DNA from: an uncultured delta proteobacterium
GTDB taxonomy: Bacteria > Myxococcota_A > Polyangia > Polyangiales > Polyangiaceae
DNA length: 64,000 bases
Reading direction: 5' to 3'
NCBI GenBank assembly: GCA_963850305.1
Contig: CAWKKR010000001.1
Location: forward strand, 352,001 to 416,000
Shown here one piece after another: positions 1 to 10,557 of this stretch (position 1 is its first letter; each line of letters opens with the position of its first letter). The notes under the pieces are model-generated. The model did not search any database and was not told the DNA's origin. It worked only from the letters and a program-made list of their open reading frames with translations. Made by a program: the position numbers and the translations under genes.

Positions 1-197
1 TGATCGTGCTTGGACCAGCTCCGGGACCGGGGATCCACTCCCTCGAGAGGCACTTGACGATATCGGTTTGGAAAATCCCGTCAAGCCATCTCGAGAGGCT
101 GTCGCCCCCAACCCGTCGCGTGCAAGTATCGCCACGACACGAGCCCCTCCGCTTTTACCGTTCGCGGTGGCGGCGGCCGAGGGAGACCCAGGGCGGC

Positions 198-1121
198 ATG
201 AAAATTCGCGTCATCGTGAATCCAAGGGCCGGCGCAGGCGCCGCGGGCCGCAAGATCCCTCGCATTCGGAGCGCCTTCGCAAGCGCCGGAATGGCGCTGG
301 ATCTGGTCGAAACTGCAGGCCCGGGCGATGCCACGGCGCTCGCCCGGAAGGCGACGGGGGACGGCGTGGACGTCATCGTCGTCGTCGGGGGCGATGGCAC
401 GCTCAACGAAGTGGCCCAAGCATACCTCGACGAATCGGCCAGTCCCCTGGAAGGGCCGGCTCTCGCCATCGTCCCGCAGGGGACCGGGGGGGATTTCCGA
501 AAAACGTTCGGGATCGAGCGCGACGTCGACATCGCCGTGAAACGGTTGCTCGCCGCAGTGCCGCGCCCGCTCGATCTGGGCGTGATCGAGGTCGCGGGCG
601 ACCGGGGCCCACCCGTGCGGCGCGCTTTCGTCAACATAGCGAGCTTCGGCGTCTCGGGGCGGATCGACCGCCTCGTGAACGAGAGCCCGAAGTGGATGGG
701 CGGACGCGCGGCGTTCGCCATCGGTTCGCTCCGCGCGATGAGCACGTACCGGAACGCTCCGGTTTCGATCCGCGTCGATGGAAAGCCGCTCTACGAGGGG
801 CGCATCTTCGTCGCGGCGATCGCCAACGGACGTTTCTTCGGCGGAGGCATGCAGGTCGCCCCCGAAGCCCGACCCGATGATGGCGCCTTCGACGTGGTCG
901 TTCTCGGCGACATGACGTTCGCGGAATCCATCCGCGTCGGCCCGAAATTGTACGCGGGCACGCACCTCGGCGCGCCGCGCGTTCACACCGCGCGCGGCCG
1001 GACCGTGGAGGCTTTCCCCCTCGATTCGAACGCCGTCTATGTGGACGCCGACGGCGAGACTCCGGGACGATTGCCCCTCGTCGCGCGCATGTTCCCCGGC
1101 GCGCTCCGCATCCTTGCCTGA
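198..1121 (+). CDS. Diacylglycerol kinase family (YegS/DAGK) lipid kinase
   Basis: Motifs VNPRAG, GGDGTLNEV, PQGTGGDF, NGRFFGGGM, DGE; ATG at 198. Confidence 0.92.
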   Translation: MKIRVIVNPRAGAGAAGRKIPRIRSAFASAGMALDLVETAGPGDATALARKATGDGVDVIVVVGGDGTLNEVAQAYLDESASPLEGPALAIVPQGTGGDFRKTFGIERDVDIAVKRLLAAVPRPLDLGVIEVAGDRGPPVRRAFVNIASFGVSGRIDRLVNESPKWMGGRAAFAIGSLRAMSTYRNAPVSIRVDGKPLYEGRIFVAAIANGRFFGGGMQVAPEARPDDGAFDVVVLGDMTFAESIRVGPKLYAGTHLGAPRVHTARGRTVEAFPLDSNAVYVDADGETPGRLPLVARMFPGALRILA

Positions 1122-1129
1122 CCTTCGAG

Positions 1130-2120
1130 TCATTTATTTTGTTGCTGCGGATTCGAACCCAGCGGTGAAACGAGGATACGGTCTTCCTCGCCGAGCTCCG
1201 TCGCGGCCACGACTCGCAGATCGACCCCGTCGCAAACGCGATGAAGAACCACGGGACTTACCGCACCGGCGGCGCAGCGCGCCGCGGGCAACACGGGTTC
1301 CACCGCTGCCGCGACGATCTCGGCGGCCTGACCGATCGCCTCGGCGCGTCCAACGATGTCGCCCGACGAAATGGCCGAGGTGCCGACGGCCTCGCCGAGA
1401 CGGGTGAAGAGGTCGGGCCCGGTGATCCACGCCGCCTGCACGCCGCCCTTCTCCATGCGCATCCTGACGTCGTAAACGGCCTCGCGCGCGACCTGGACTT
1501 TCGCTTCCGGCACGCCGTAGTCGACGACCACCGTGCGCGTGCAGGCCTCCGAGTCACAACGAGCGGCGGGCTCGACGAGCCGGTATGCGTAGATCGAGCT
1601 CCGGATCGAGCTCCGACCGGCGTTTGCCCCACTGGCGAATCGAGGCGAGACGACGCGCCCAGGTCCCGACACTGGCGATGAGCTCGTGGCGTCCCGCCTC
1701 CGCCGATGCGAGGTCGCGCTCGATCCGCGCGACCTTTTCGTCGAATGCCTGCTCGCGAAGCACCCGGTATTTCTCCGTCAAGCTGAGCTCGACGAGCCGC
1801 TCCGCGGCGCGCGCGGCCTCGGACCCCTCGGGCACGGCTCTCAGGAACGCCTCGAGTCGCGCGGGATTGTCCCACGAATGCTTCACGTAATGCCGCGCGG
1901 AGGCGAAAAACCATCGCTCGATCTCGGAACGGTACGTCCCCCTGGGACGCCGGCGCAGGTACTCGAAGCTCGCCGCGAGCTTCCGCTCCACGGTTGGGGC
2001 GACGCGGTACTGTCGATACGCGCCGTAATCGCTGACGGAGACGGTGGCGGAGTGCTGGAGCTCCGCGCACCCAAGCGTCGCACACAGAGCGAAGGAGCCA
2101 AGGAGGAACCGTCGCTTCAT
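1130..2120 (-). CDS. Hypothetical lipoprotein (apparent +1 frameshift near 1595)
   Basis: MKRRFLLGSFALCATLGC lipobox; frame 1554..2144 continues into frame 1130..1672 at ...ELDPEL/IYAYRL if one base is removed. Confidence 0.7.
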
Positions 2121-2516
2121 GGTCGCACCGGGCAAAAATCGCACTCGGTCGGCACGGTCGCCGCCGCGTCGGCGACGTACCCGACGTACTCACTGCAGCT
2201 CGCCTCGAGCAGCCGCCGCAGACACACCTCGCCGTCGTGCACCAGGGGCTCGCAATCGACCGGAAACGCGGTCTGCACCGCCGGCTCCGTGCACGCGATA
2301 GTGCACGTGTGTGTGTCGAGCCCGCACGAGCGACAGCGCTCGCAGTCGATCTCCTGCCTTCCCTCGAAGAATGTCGTCGGATTCGAGGAGCTGAACGGGC
2401 TCTGCACAGGAACCGATGTCGCCCGGCACGGGCGCCGCACACAGGAGCCCGGCGAGTAGCGCTCCGAACCGGCGCGAGCGCGAGGGTCGTGCTTTTCGTG
2501 CGGGCGTTCGCTTCAT
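2117..2516 (-). CDS. Small Cys-rich exported protein (apparent +1 frameshift near 2382)
   Basis: MKRT...GALLAGLLC leader joins ...PTTFFEGRQEIDCERCRSC...TECDFC frame; ATGA overlaps with both neighbours. Confidence 0.65.
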
Positions 2517-3145
2517 GGGAGGACCTCGAAGTCGTAGAAGGCGCCGGCTTGAAACGACAGGAGCGGGATCGCCGTGCGCGGCGTGTCGAGCGTCGCGGCG
2601 CCGTAGAACAGGCTCCCGACGAGCGACGCCGTGAGACCGATGCCAGCCGTCAGATAAACGATCCCGCCGCCCGCGATTTCGAAGCCCGCGTTGAAGTCGG
2701 GCCGGACGACGATCGGGATCCCTGCGCGCGCTAGGAGACCGAACCGCGACGTGGACCGCACGAGACACACGTACGACGGTGTCAGGACCTCTTGCCTGAT
2801 CCCGTCGAGCGCGAACGAGCCGTGGAGCGCGACGCCGTGGAACACCGGGCCTGCGCCGCCGAGGACCGCGCCGACCTGCACGTCGAGGTACGTCGCCGTG
2901 AGCGAGAGCGATCGCGCGTCGCTCCCGAGCTCGGTCTCCAGCCGGTAGGGATTATTGAAACGCAGCCCGCGACCCACCTCGAGGCCGGCGAAGAGATGAT
3001 ACGCGGGACCGAGCCGGATCGGGATCTCCGGCGGGGGCGGCGCGACGGCGGCGACGGCGTCCGACGCGGGCACCGGATCCTCTGCAGGCGCCGCCGGAGT
3101 CGCGAACGCGAGGGCGGCGACGGCGGCTCGGAAGGGTCGGTTCAT
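2513..3145 (-). CDS. Putative outer-membrane beta-barrel protein
   Basis: Signal peptide MNRPFRAAVAALAFA; amphipathic strands; C-terminal GAFYDFEVLP. Confidence 0.6.
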   Translation of the reverse strand: MNRPFRAAVAALAFATPAAPAEDPVPASDAVAAVAPPPPEIPIRLGPAYHLFAGLEVGRGLRFNNPYRLETELGSDARSLSLTATYLDVQVGAVLGGAGPVFHGVALHGSFALDGIRQEVLTPSYVCLVRSTSRFGLLARAGIPIVVRPDFNAGFEIAGGGIVYLTAGIGLTASLVGSLFYGAATLDTPRTAIPLLSFQAGAFYDFEVLP

Positions 3146-3170
3146 GGACGGGTGCGCGCAACCCCGACGG

Positions 3171-4472
3171 TCACCCGCGACAGGCGAGCTCGACGTCCGC
3201 GACGCTCTTCGGGATCGCTGCGCTGAGCACCTCGCACCCGCCGGGCGTGACCAGGACATCGTCCTCGATGCGGACGCCGATCCCGCGAAAACGGGACGGT
3301 GCGCGGTCGTCGTTCACGGGCACGTAGAGACCGGGTTCGACCGTGAGCACCACCCCCGCCTCGAGGGGCCGTGGCTTGCCGTGCTCGAAATAGCGGCCCA
3401 CGTCGTGCACGTCCATGCCGAGATAGTGACTCGTCTTGTGCATGTAATAGCGCTTGTAGCGCTCCTCGGAGATCGCCTGCTCGAGCGGCCCGTCGATCAA
3501 CCCGAGCTCGATCATTCCCGCCGCGAGCACCTCGACGCTCGCGAAATGCACGTCGTCGAACGTCGCTCCTGGTCGAGTGCGCGCGATGCTCGCCTCCTGA
3601 GCCGCGAGCACCAGCTCGTAAATCGAGCGCTGGGGCTCCGTGAACTTGCCGGTAACCGGGAACGCGCGCGTGACGTCCGCGGCGTAGTAGCCGTACTCCG
3701 CCCCGGCATCGATCAAGACGAGATCCCCTTCCTTCATTCGTCGGTCGTTCTTGCGATAGTGCAGGACCGTGGCATTGGGGCCCGATCCGACGATGGACCC
3801 GTATGCGGGGCGCTCCGAGCCGCGCCCCCGAAATACGGACGTCAGGAGCGCCTCGATCTCGTATTCGTGCATGCCGGGGCCGGCCTTCTGCATCGCGAGC
3901 ACGTGGGCTTCGCGCGTGATGTCGATCGCCCGCCGCATGAGCTCGACCTCGTTCGCCCCCTTCAAACGGCGCATCTCGTGGAGCACCGTCGCGGGGTCGA
4001 TGATCTCCGACGGCACGGCCGACCCGCGGCGTGTTCGCGGCCGCGTGCGTTCGATCGCCGAAAAAACGATGTCGTCCTCGGCCCGGTCGCGACCGACCCG
4101 ATAAAAAAGGCGCGGCGCGTTTTCCAGAAAGTCGGGAAGCTTCTGGGAAAGCTCTTCGACCGGGTAGGCTGAGACCGCGCCGAAATCGGTGCGCGCGCCC
4201 TCGACACCGGCTCGCGCGCCATCCCAGGTTTCACGCTCGGGATCCCGCGGCCGCACGAAGAGAACGAAGCTCTCGGCGTGCACGGTACCGAGGACGAGCA
4301 CGGCACCGGGCTCGTCGAACCCGGTCAGGTAGTAAAAGTCGGAGTCCTGTCGATATTCGTACTCCACGTCGTTGTTGCGGAGCGCCGCCCGAGCGGCGAA
4401 CACGACGAGGACCCCCGAGCCCATCTTTTCGAGCGCGCGTTCGCGCCGTTCCGCAAAAACCGAGTAGCTCAT
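3171..4472 (-). CDS. pepP: Xaa-Pro aminopeptidase
   Basis: YRQDSDFYYLTG, IDAGAEY..YAADVTR, HYLGMDVHD, TVEPGLY, GVRIEDD. Confidence 0.95.
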   Translation of the reverse strand: MSYSVFAERRERALEKMGSGVLVVFAARAALRNNDVEYEYRQDSDFYYLTGFDEPGAVLVLGTVHAESFVLFVRPRDPERETWDGARAGVEGARTDFGAVSAYPVEELSQKLPDFLENAPRLFYRVGRDRAEDDIVFSAIERTRPRTRRGSAVPSEIIDPATVLHEMRRLKGANEVELMRRAIDITREAHVLAMQKAGPGMHEYEIEALLTSVFRGRGSERPAYGSIVGSGPNATVLHYRKNDRRMKEGDLVLIDAGAEYGYYAADVTRAFPVTGKFTEPQRSIYELVLAAQEASIARTRPGATFDDVHFASVEVLAAGMIELGLIDGPLEQAISEERYKRYYMHKTSHYLGMDVHDVGRYFEHGKPRPLEAGVVLTVEPGLYVPVNDDRAPSRFRGIGVRIEDDVLVTPGGCEVLSAAIPKSVADVELACRG

Positions 4473-5148
4473 CAGGGTCTGGACTTTAGCATGTGCTCGC
4501 CGCGCCAGATGGCGACCGAGACCTCGCCGTGGCCCGAGTGGGTCGAGAAGTGCGCCTCGAACTCGCCGTCGCGAAGGGCGCAGAACGGCCCGCCCTCATC
4601 GACCACCAGCCAGCGCCGGTTCTGGTTCGTGAGCGACACCCGTGGCCCGCGAAGCTGCACGATCTCGACCTCGAGATCGTCGACCGGCGCTGCCGCAACC
4701 GCAAAGAGGCGGTAGCAGTCGTGCCGGTGCACTGCCCACTGATAAACGAAAGGGCCTTCCGCCTCGTCGACGGTCCCGTTCGCGCGTGCGAACGAGGTCA
4801 AGCCATTCACCGGACCGCACGAGAGCGACAACCGCATCACATCGATACGCGGCGTCGCGCGCGGCGCGAACCCGTCGTAACAACCGACACCGAGCGGGTC
4901 GCCACCATCCGAAGATGGGAGAGGAACGGCTCCCGCCATCGCGCCCCCGGCGACGCCGGGAGAACCAGGAGCATCCGACGAAGCTCGGGTGGTCAGGGCT
5001 CGAACCGGTGCCGGCGCGGAGACCTCGGCCTTCGTCTCGCCGGGCCGATGATCGTCCACAGCAGGCGTTTTCCGAGGTTCACGCGCGCACGCCGCGGTGA
5101 CGAGGACGACAGCACTCAAGAAAGCGCGGACTGCGTTTGACTGACGCA
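4472..5148 (-). CDS. Hypothetical lipoprotein (start uncertain)
   Basis: LVTAAC lipobox, Pro/Ala linker, C-terminal beta domain (HDCYRLFAVA...GPFC). Confidence 0.6.
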
Positions 5149-5171
5149 CCGCGCCAGGGTACTCCGTAATC

Positions 5172-5645
5172 GTGCAGAGTGATTTGCCTCCGACATCGGA
5201 GCGACCCGAAGCCGATCGGGGCGATCGGGACCGACGACGGCTCGAGCGATTGATCCCAGAGCTGGTCAAGCGGTTGCTCGAAACTGGACTCGAGAAGCTC
5301 GCAGAAGCTCCGGAAAACGCGCGTCACCTCGTCAACGAGCTGCGGCTGCCGCGCGAGGTTCTTTCGCTCCTCCTGGCTCAGCTCGACGAGACGAAGAATG
5401 GCCTTTACCGTGTCGTCGCCAAGGAGACGCGGGATTTTCTGGAGCACACGAACTTTTCCGACGAGCTCGCGCGGGTGCTCACGACGCTGTCGTTCGAGAT
5501 CAAGACCGAAGTGCGCTTCATCCCGAACGACTCGAGACTCGGCGCGTCGCCGGACGTTCGCGCTCGTGTTCGGGTCAAGAAGGCGGAAACCGGCCGTCGC
5601 GGCTCGGAACCACCAGTCCCCCCTCCTGGGGACCCCGACACGTGA
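5172..5645 (+). CDS. Hypothetical helical protein
   Basis: Protein-like composition (LIPELVKRLLE...LSFEIKTEVRF); GTGA overlap with next gene. Confidence 0.7.
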   Translation: MQSDLPPTSERPEADRGDRDRRRLERLIPELVKRLLETGLEKLAEAPENARHLVNELRLPREVLSLLLAQLDETKNGLYRVVAKETRDFLEHTNFSDELARVLTTLSFEIKTEVRFIPNDSRLGASPDVRARVRVKKAETGRRGSEPPVPPPGDPDT

Positions 5646-8554
5646 CCTTCGCCGAGGCGCATCCTCGGCAAGGCTTGCGAGATTCGAGCAACGAGCGCCT
5701 CCGCGGAGTGCGCACACTTCGCTGCCTCGTGGCGATGGCGCTCGCGCTTCTCTCGAATGGCGCGCGAGCCGACGTGAGTCTGGCGCCGTCGCACGACGGG
5801 CATCTCGGTGGGTGGCTGCTGGCTGGTCCCTTTCCACGCCACGGGATCTCCGTTTCAGCCGGCCGCGCTTCGACCCGCGGCGGGACAACACCTCGATATC
5901 CCGCTTCAGTGGCTGCGCTGGGCGGTGACGGACGGGGGCACCGAGGCCATCGACGTCGACCGTTCACTCGGGGCAACAAAGGGGGACCGCGTGCTGCTCG
6001 CGGGCGTTCTCGATCTGCGTCAGCAGCTAGACGGCTGGCTGCTTCTCTCCGTCGACGGCGCGGTGGACGTCGCGGTCGATGGAAAGGTCGTATGGCATCG
6101 CGCAAAGCCCCACGCAGCCGGCGGCGCGTGGGATCCGATTCTCACTCGAGCTCGACCCCGGCTCGCACACGATCGTCCTCGACCTGGCGCGCTTCATGAA
6201 CCCGTGGCGCATGGAGGCCCGCGTCCTGGAGAAGGCGACCCTGGCCCCGCCTGCCGGCGCACGTTTCCGGCTGCCAGGCGCGGGTCCGGACGCCGCCGCG
6301 GGCCTGGCGGGAGATCTCGCCGACGTGACGGTGCTCGCGGGTGCAGGGCCTGACGGCTACCAACCGAGCGTCCGCGTCGCGTTTCCGCGAGGTGCGGTCG
6401 ACGATCCGTCCATCCACGTGTTCGCGGATCTGTCGTCGAAGGGGTCGCCTCTGTCGCCACCCTTCGACCTGGGCAAGGTTCCCGTCGCAGCGTCCGACGT
6501 GCTGTCGGTGGAGGCCGCTCTGCCCAAGATTGCGATTCCCTCGTTCAACGCGGTAAATACGCCGATCCTCGACGAGGTTGGCGTGCGAATCGGCACCGGC
6601 AAGCAATCGCGGAAGCTCGATTTGTATGCAGACGTACCCGGACAGCTTGCCAGAGGCATGGCCATGCGGTCCAGGATCGCAACTCTTCCGGGCCTGTCGG
6701 ACCGCGATGCCGTGATCGCATCGCTCGACGAAAGCCTCGCGGAAGTCGTGACAGCGAGTGACCGCGACGACGGCAGTGCGAGTCCCGCAACCGCGCGCCT
6801 TCGAACGTTGCTAGACCAGCTCGACGCGGGAAAGGATCCCCTTCACGAGCCCGGTGTCCTAGCCCTGGCGCGGCGTTCCCCGGTAGACGGAGCGCCGCAG
6901 CCGTTTTGCCTCCACGTCCCGGCCGGGTACGCACGAGGCACGAAGCGGCGGTATCCGCTCGTGGTGGTGCTCCACGGGTACCGGGGCAACCCCGGTCGCG
7001 TGATGGCCGCATTTCTCGGGACCGAATCCACGCGACCGCACCCCGGCGTGGACGGCTTCGTGCTGGCCCCGAACGCACACGGGGATTCGTTCTATCGCGG
7101 ACCGGGCGAAACGGAGGTGCTGGACCTCCTGGACTGGGTCCTCGCGACGTACCCGATCGACCCAGACCGCGTTTCGATCACGGGCATCTCCATGGGCGGC
7201 ACGGGAGCGTCGCACTTTGCGCTCCGGTATCCCGATCGCTTCGCGGCGGCGGCGGCTCTCGCGGGATATCATAGCTACTTCGTCCGCCGCGACATCCGTG
7301 GACGGCGTCTCCGCGCATGGGAAAGGCACGAGCTCACACGGTGGTCGCCGGCGAGCTGGGCAGAGAACGGCCACGATCTTTTTCTTTACGTCGCGCAGGG
7401 CACGCACGATCTGCCGCTCGAACACTCCACGTCCCTCACCGAGCGGTACAAGGCGCTGGGCTACGAGCTCGTCGAGAAGTGGCCCGACATCGGACACGAC
7501 GTGTGGCGCATCGTGTGGGGAGACGCGCTGCTGTGGCCGACGCTATCCGCGAGACGGATCGCGACGGCCCCGGCGCACGTCTTCCTGAAGACCGATTCGT
7601 TGACATACGGCAGGAGTCGCTGGGTACGGATCACGGGCTTGTCGCGATGGGACACCGACGCCGACATCGACGCGCGTATCCTTCACTCGAATCACATCGC
7701 GGTAACGACGCATGGAGTGAGTGCCTTCGAATTACTCAGACCCCCCAACCGCATCGCGGTGAGCGGCGAAGTCAGCGTCAAGGTCGATGGAACGCCGCTC
7801 ACGTTCGGGCCGGACGCGCCGGTCGCAGCTCACAAGGACGGCAGCACCTGGGCCACGGGATTAGTCCCGCCGGCGGATCACGCAGTGAAGCGTGCGGGGC
7901 TCGAGGGACCGATCCGCGACGCCTACGCGGGGCCGCTCGCGTTCGTCTATGGCACCCTAGATCCTCGACAGACCGAGGCCGCGCGCGAGGTCGCCGAGCA
8001 CTTCAAGGCTCGATGGGCAGGCGACGCCCAGTTCCCTGTTCTGCCGGACACTGCGGTCACGGACGATCTCGTGGCAACGCACTCGCTGTTCCTCGTGGGC
8101 TCGAGGGACTCGAACAGGCTCGTCCGGGACATGGATCCGCTGCTTCCGCTCGCGATCGACGCGGAAGGCGTTCGGGCCGGCAACAGCCATCTCCACGGCG
8201 ACGCAGGCCTCGGCTTCGCGTGCATCTATCCGAATCCCAGGAAATCCATCGCGATACGTCGTTCTCGTGGAAGGCGCGAACGTGCGCGGGCTCTACCGCT
8301 CGTTGGCGCTTCCGAACCAGCTTCCCGACTTCATCGTCTTCGACTCGGCCTTGGCTCCGGCCGCAGGCCAGCAGGTGCTGGGCGACGCTCGGTCGATCGC
8401 TGCCGGCTATTTCGACGGAGACTTTCGTCTCCCCGCGCAGTCCCCCGATCGACCGTCGAGTGCCGCGGCCCCGGACGTTCCGGCGAAGGAGGAGGCGGAA
8501 GCCGTCTTGGGACTCCATAGCTACGCTTCAGCGTCTGGAGCTCGGAGACCGTGA
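5642..8554 (+). CDS. Secreted alpha/beta hydrolase (esterase/prolyl oligopeptidase-like), three apparent +1 frameshifts (~5832, ~6140, ~8243)
   Basis: YPLVVVLHG, IDPDRVSITGISMGG nucleophile elbow, IGHDVW; pieces join as GPF/HATG, WDPI/SLELD, YPNPR/NPSRYVV. Confidence 0.8.
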
Positions 8555-9230
8555 GGTGTCGCCATTCGCCTGGCCGTAGCCCTTCGTCGGTGATCCCCGC
8601 GAACGACAAGCGAGCTAGCCGCATGACGGGAAAGCCCGTGGCCTCGCCGAGACGGTGTATCTGGCGATTCTTCCCCTCGCGCAGGACGATCTGCAGCCAA
8701 GTCTTGTCGCCTTCGATCCGAAGTAACTCGACCTCCGCTGGGCGTGTCGGGCGACCGTCGATCTCGATGCTTCGTTCGAAGCGCTCGACGTCCGAGTCGG
8801 TCATCTTGCCCGCGACTTTCGCGACGTAGACTTTCGGCGACTCCTTCGCCGGGTGTAGCAGCGCCATCGCCAAGTCGCCGTCGTTCGTCAAAAGGAGCGT
8901 GCCGCTCGTGTGAAAATCGAGCCGACCCACCGGCACGACCCGCGCCTCCACCCTGCGCAGGTACTCGGCGACCGTGGGACGGCCCTCCGGATCGGACATC
9001 GTGCTCACCACGTTTCGCGGCTTGTGAAACACGAGATAAACCAGGACCTCCGGCGTGACGGGCCGCCCGTCGACTTCGATCTTCTGCGCCTCGGGATCAG
9101 CGCGCGCCCCGAGTTCGACGACGATCTTTCCGTCGACCGTAACGCGACCCTCCGTGATGAGCGTCTCGGCCTTCCGGCGCGACGCAATGCCGGCCTGTGC
9201 TAGGAGCTTTTGGAGCCGAACCGAGGGCAC
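8331..9230 (-). CDS. rluB: RsuA-family pseudouridine synthase (RluB-like)
   Basis: RLQKLLAQAGIASRR S4 domain, PVGRLDFHTSG, EGKNRQI. Confidence 0.88.
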   Translation of the reverse strand: MPSVRLQKLLAQAGIASRRKAETLITEGRVTVDGKIVVELGARADPEAQKIEVDGRPVTPEVLVYLVFHKPRNVVSTMSDPEGRPTVAEYLRRVEARVVPVGRLDFHTSGTLLLTNDGDLAMALLHPAKESPKVYVAKVAGKMTDSDVERFERSIEIDGRPTRPAEVELLRIEGDKTWLQIVLREGKNRQIHRLGEATGFPVMRLARLSFAGITDEGLRPGEWRHLTVSELQTLKRSYGVPRRLPPPPSPERPGPRHSTVDRGTARGDESLRRNSRQRSTERRPAPAGLRPEPRPSRRR

Positions 9231-9322
9231 CTCGCGGAGATATCAGATACCCGCCGTCGTCGGTATCGTCGAGGACGGCTCACTTGAAGGCACCCGCGTT
9301 CCGCGCTAATCGTCGGAGCAGG

Positions 9323-9676
9323 ATGCGGCGCGTCGACAAGCCTTGGGGTTACGAAATCATCTGGGCCGAAACGGAGCGCTACGTCGCCAAGGTGCTCTTC
9401 ATCCGACGGGGCCAGCGTTTGAGCCGTCAATTTCACCGGAAGAAGGACGAAACTTTCTTCGTGGAATCCGGGGAAATGCTCCTCGAGATTGGCGAGCCGG
9501 CGTCGATCGAGGCGCGCCAGATGACAAAAGGCGACACCTTCCATTGTTCCCCCGGAACCGTGCATCGGATGATAGGGCAAACCGACGTTCGCGTTTTCGA
9601 GGTATCCACGCCCGAGCTCGACGACGTGGTGCGTCTCGAAGACGCGTACGGGCGCGAGGGCACGGACGCGCCGTGA
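9323..9676 (+). CDS. Cupin domain protein (mannose-6-phosphate isomerase type II-like)
   Basis: VDKPWGYE, LSRQFH.KKDET, PGTVHR, DVVRLEDAYGR. Confidence 0.85.
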   Translation: MRRVDKPWGYEIIWAETERYVAKVLFIRRGQRLSRQFHRKKDETFFVESGEMLLEIGEPASIEARQMTKGDTFHCSPGTVHRMIGQTDVRVFEVSTPELDDVVRLEDAYGREGTDAP

Positions 9677-9717
9677 AGACGACCTGATGGAACCGCCCGG
9701 CCGAACCCGGGCCCTTG

Positions 9718-10557
9718 TCAGGGCAGTTTCGAGCCGGGCTGGCTCTTGTTCTCAGTATTAGGCTTGTCCGCGGCCTTTGTGGGAGGCATGGCTCCAGACG
9801 GTGTCGGGGCCGGAGCGGCTTTGGTCGCGGCGGCCGGAGGTGTGCTCGTCTCGGTGGGGACCGCGGACCCTTTGGCGGCCGCTTTTTCCTCCTCCTGCCG
9901 TTCTTTCTCCTCCGCTATCCGGTGAGCGACCTCATCGCGGTCCCAGCGGTCCACGTGCCCATCGAAATCCAGATCCACACCAATGCGCTCGAGTTCGCCG
10001 TCAGTGTAAATCTCCCACACGTCGGGCTTGCCATCGAAGTTCGTATCGCGCTGGATTCGCGAGATCTTGCCTTTGACGTAGTAGCGGGTCTCGTCCGGTG
10101 CTCCGTCGTGGTTGGTGTCGATCTCCACCTTCGAAATGTGGCCCGCCGAGAAGTGAATCCACGTGTCGATCTTGCCGTCGTAGTTCGTGTCGGCCTGCTC
10201 GTCGATCGGGTCGCCCTTGTCGTTGTAAGTGCGGACGACGTCTTTCGCACCGTCCAGGTTCGTGTCGATTTCGCGACAGAACAGCACGCGACGCCGATCG
10301 TCGCCCTCACCGATGATTCCGAAGACGCGGCGCACATTGGGCATCACCGCGCCCGGACCGCTCGACTCGATGACCTCGCGATCCACGCGTCCCTTGTAGT
10401 CGCAGCGGGACTGATCGTCGTGCTCGAGCGCCATGTCACGAGAGACAGCCGCAGCCTGAGCCGGCGTGCTGGCTGTGGCTTGTTCAGAGGTGCCGCCACC
10501 ACCGCACGCGACCGCAAGCAGACAAGCGGGAAACAGAGCTTTGTGCGTGCCCTTCAT
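9718..10557 (-). CDS. Lipoprotein with DxN/DxDGxxD repeats
   Basis: LLAVAC lipobox; DTNLDGAKD, DTNYDGKID, DTNHDGAPD, DTNFDGKPD, DLDFDGHVD. Confidence 0.8.
   Translation of the reverse strand: MKGTHKALFPACLLAVACGGGGTSEQATASTPAQAAAVSRDMALEHDDQSRCDYKGRVDREVIESSGPGAVMPNVRRVFGIIGEGDDRRRVLFCREIDTNLDGAKDVVRTYNDKGDPIDEQADTNYDGKIDTWIHFSAGHISKVEIDTNHDGAPDETRYYVKGKISRIQRDTNFDGKPDVWEIYTDGELERIGVDLDFDGHVDRWDRDEVAHRIAEEKERQEEEKAAAKGSAVPTETSTPPAAATKAAPAPTPSGAMPPTKAADKPNTENKSQPGSKLP

Noticed and set aside
1145..1165. GGTTCGAATCC tRNA T-loop-like motif on the minus strand
   Set aside because: T-stem does not pair fully, no cloverleaf, lies within a CDS end
5642..8554. Programmed frameshifting or pseudogene status of the hydrolase
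   Set aside because: No slippery heptamers seen; same +1 pattern occurs in unrelated genes
9695..9712. GCCCGG/CCGGGC hairpin between convergent genes
   Set aside because: Short stem with no U-tract; likely by chance at this GC content
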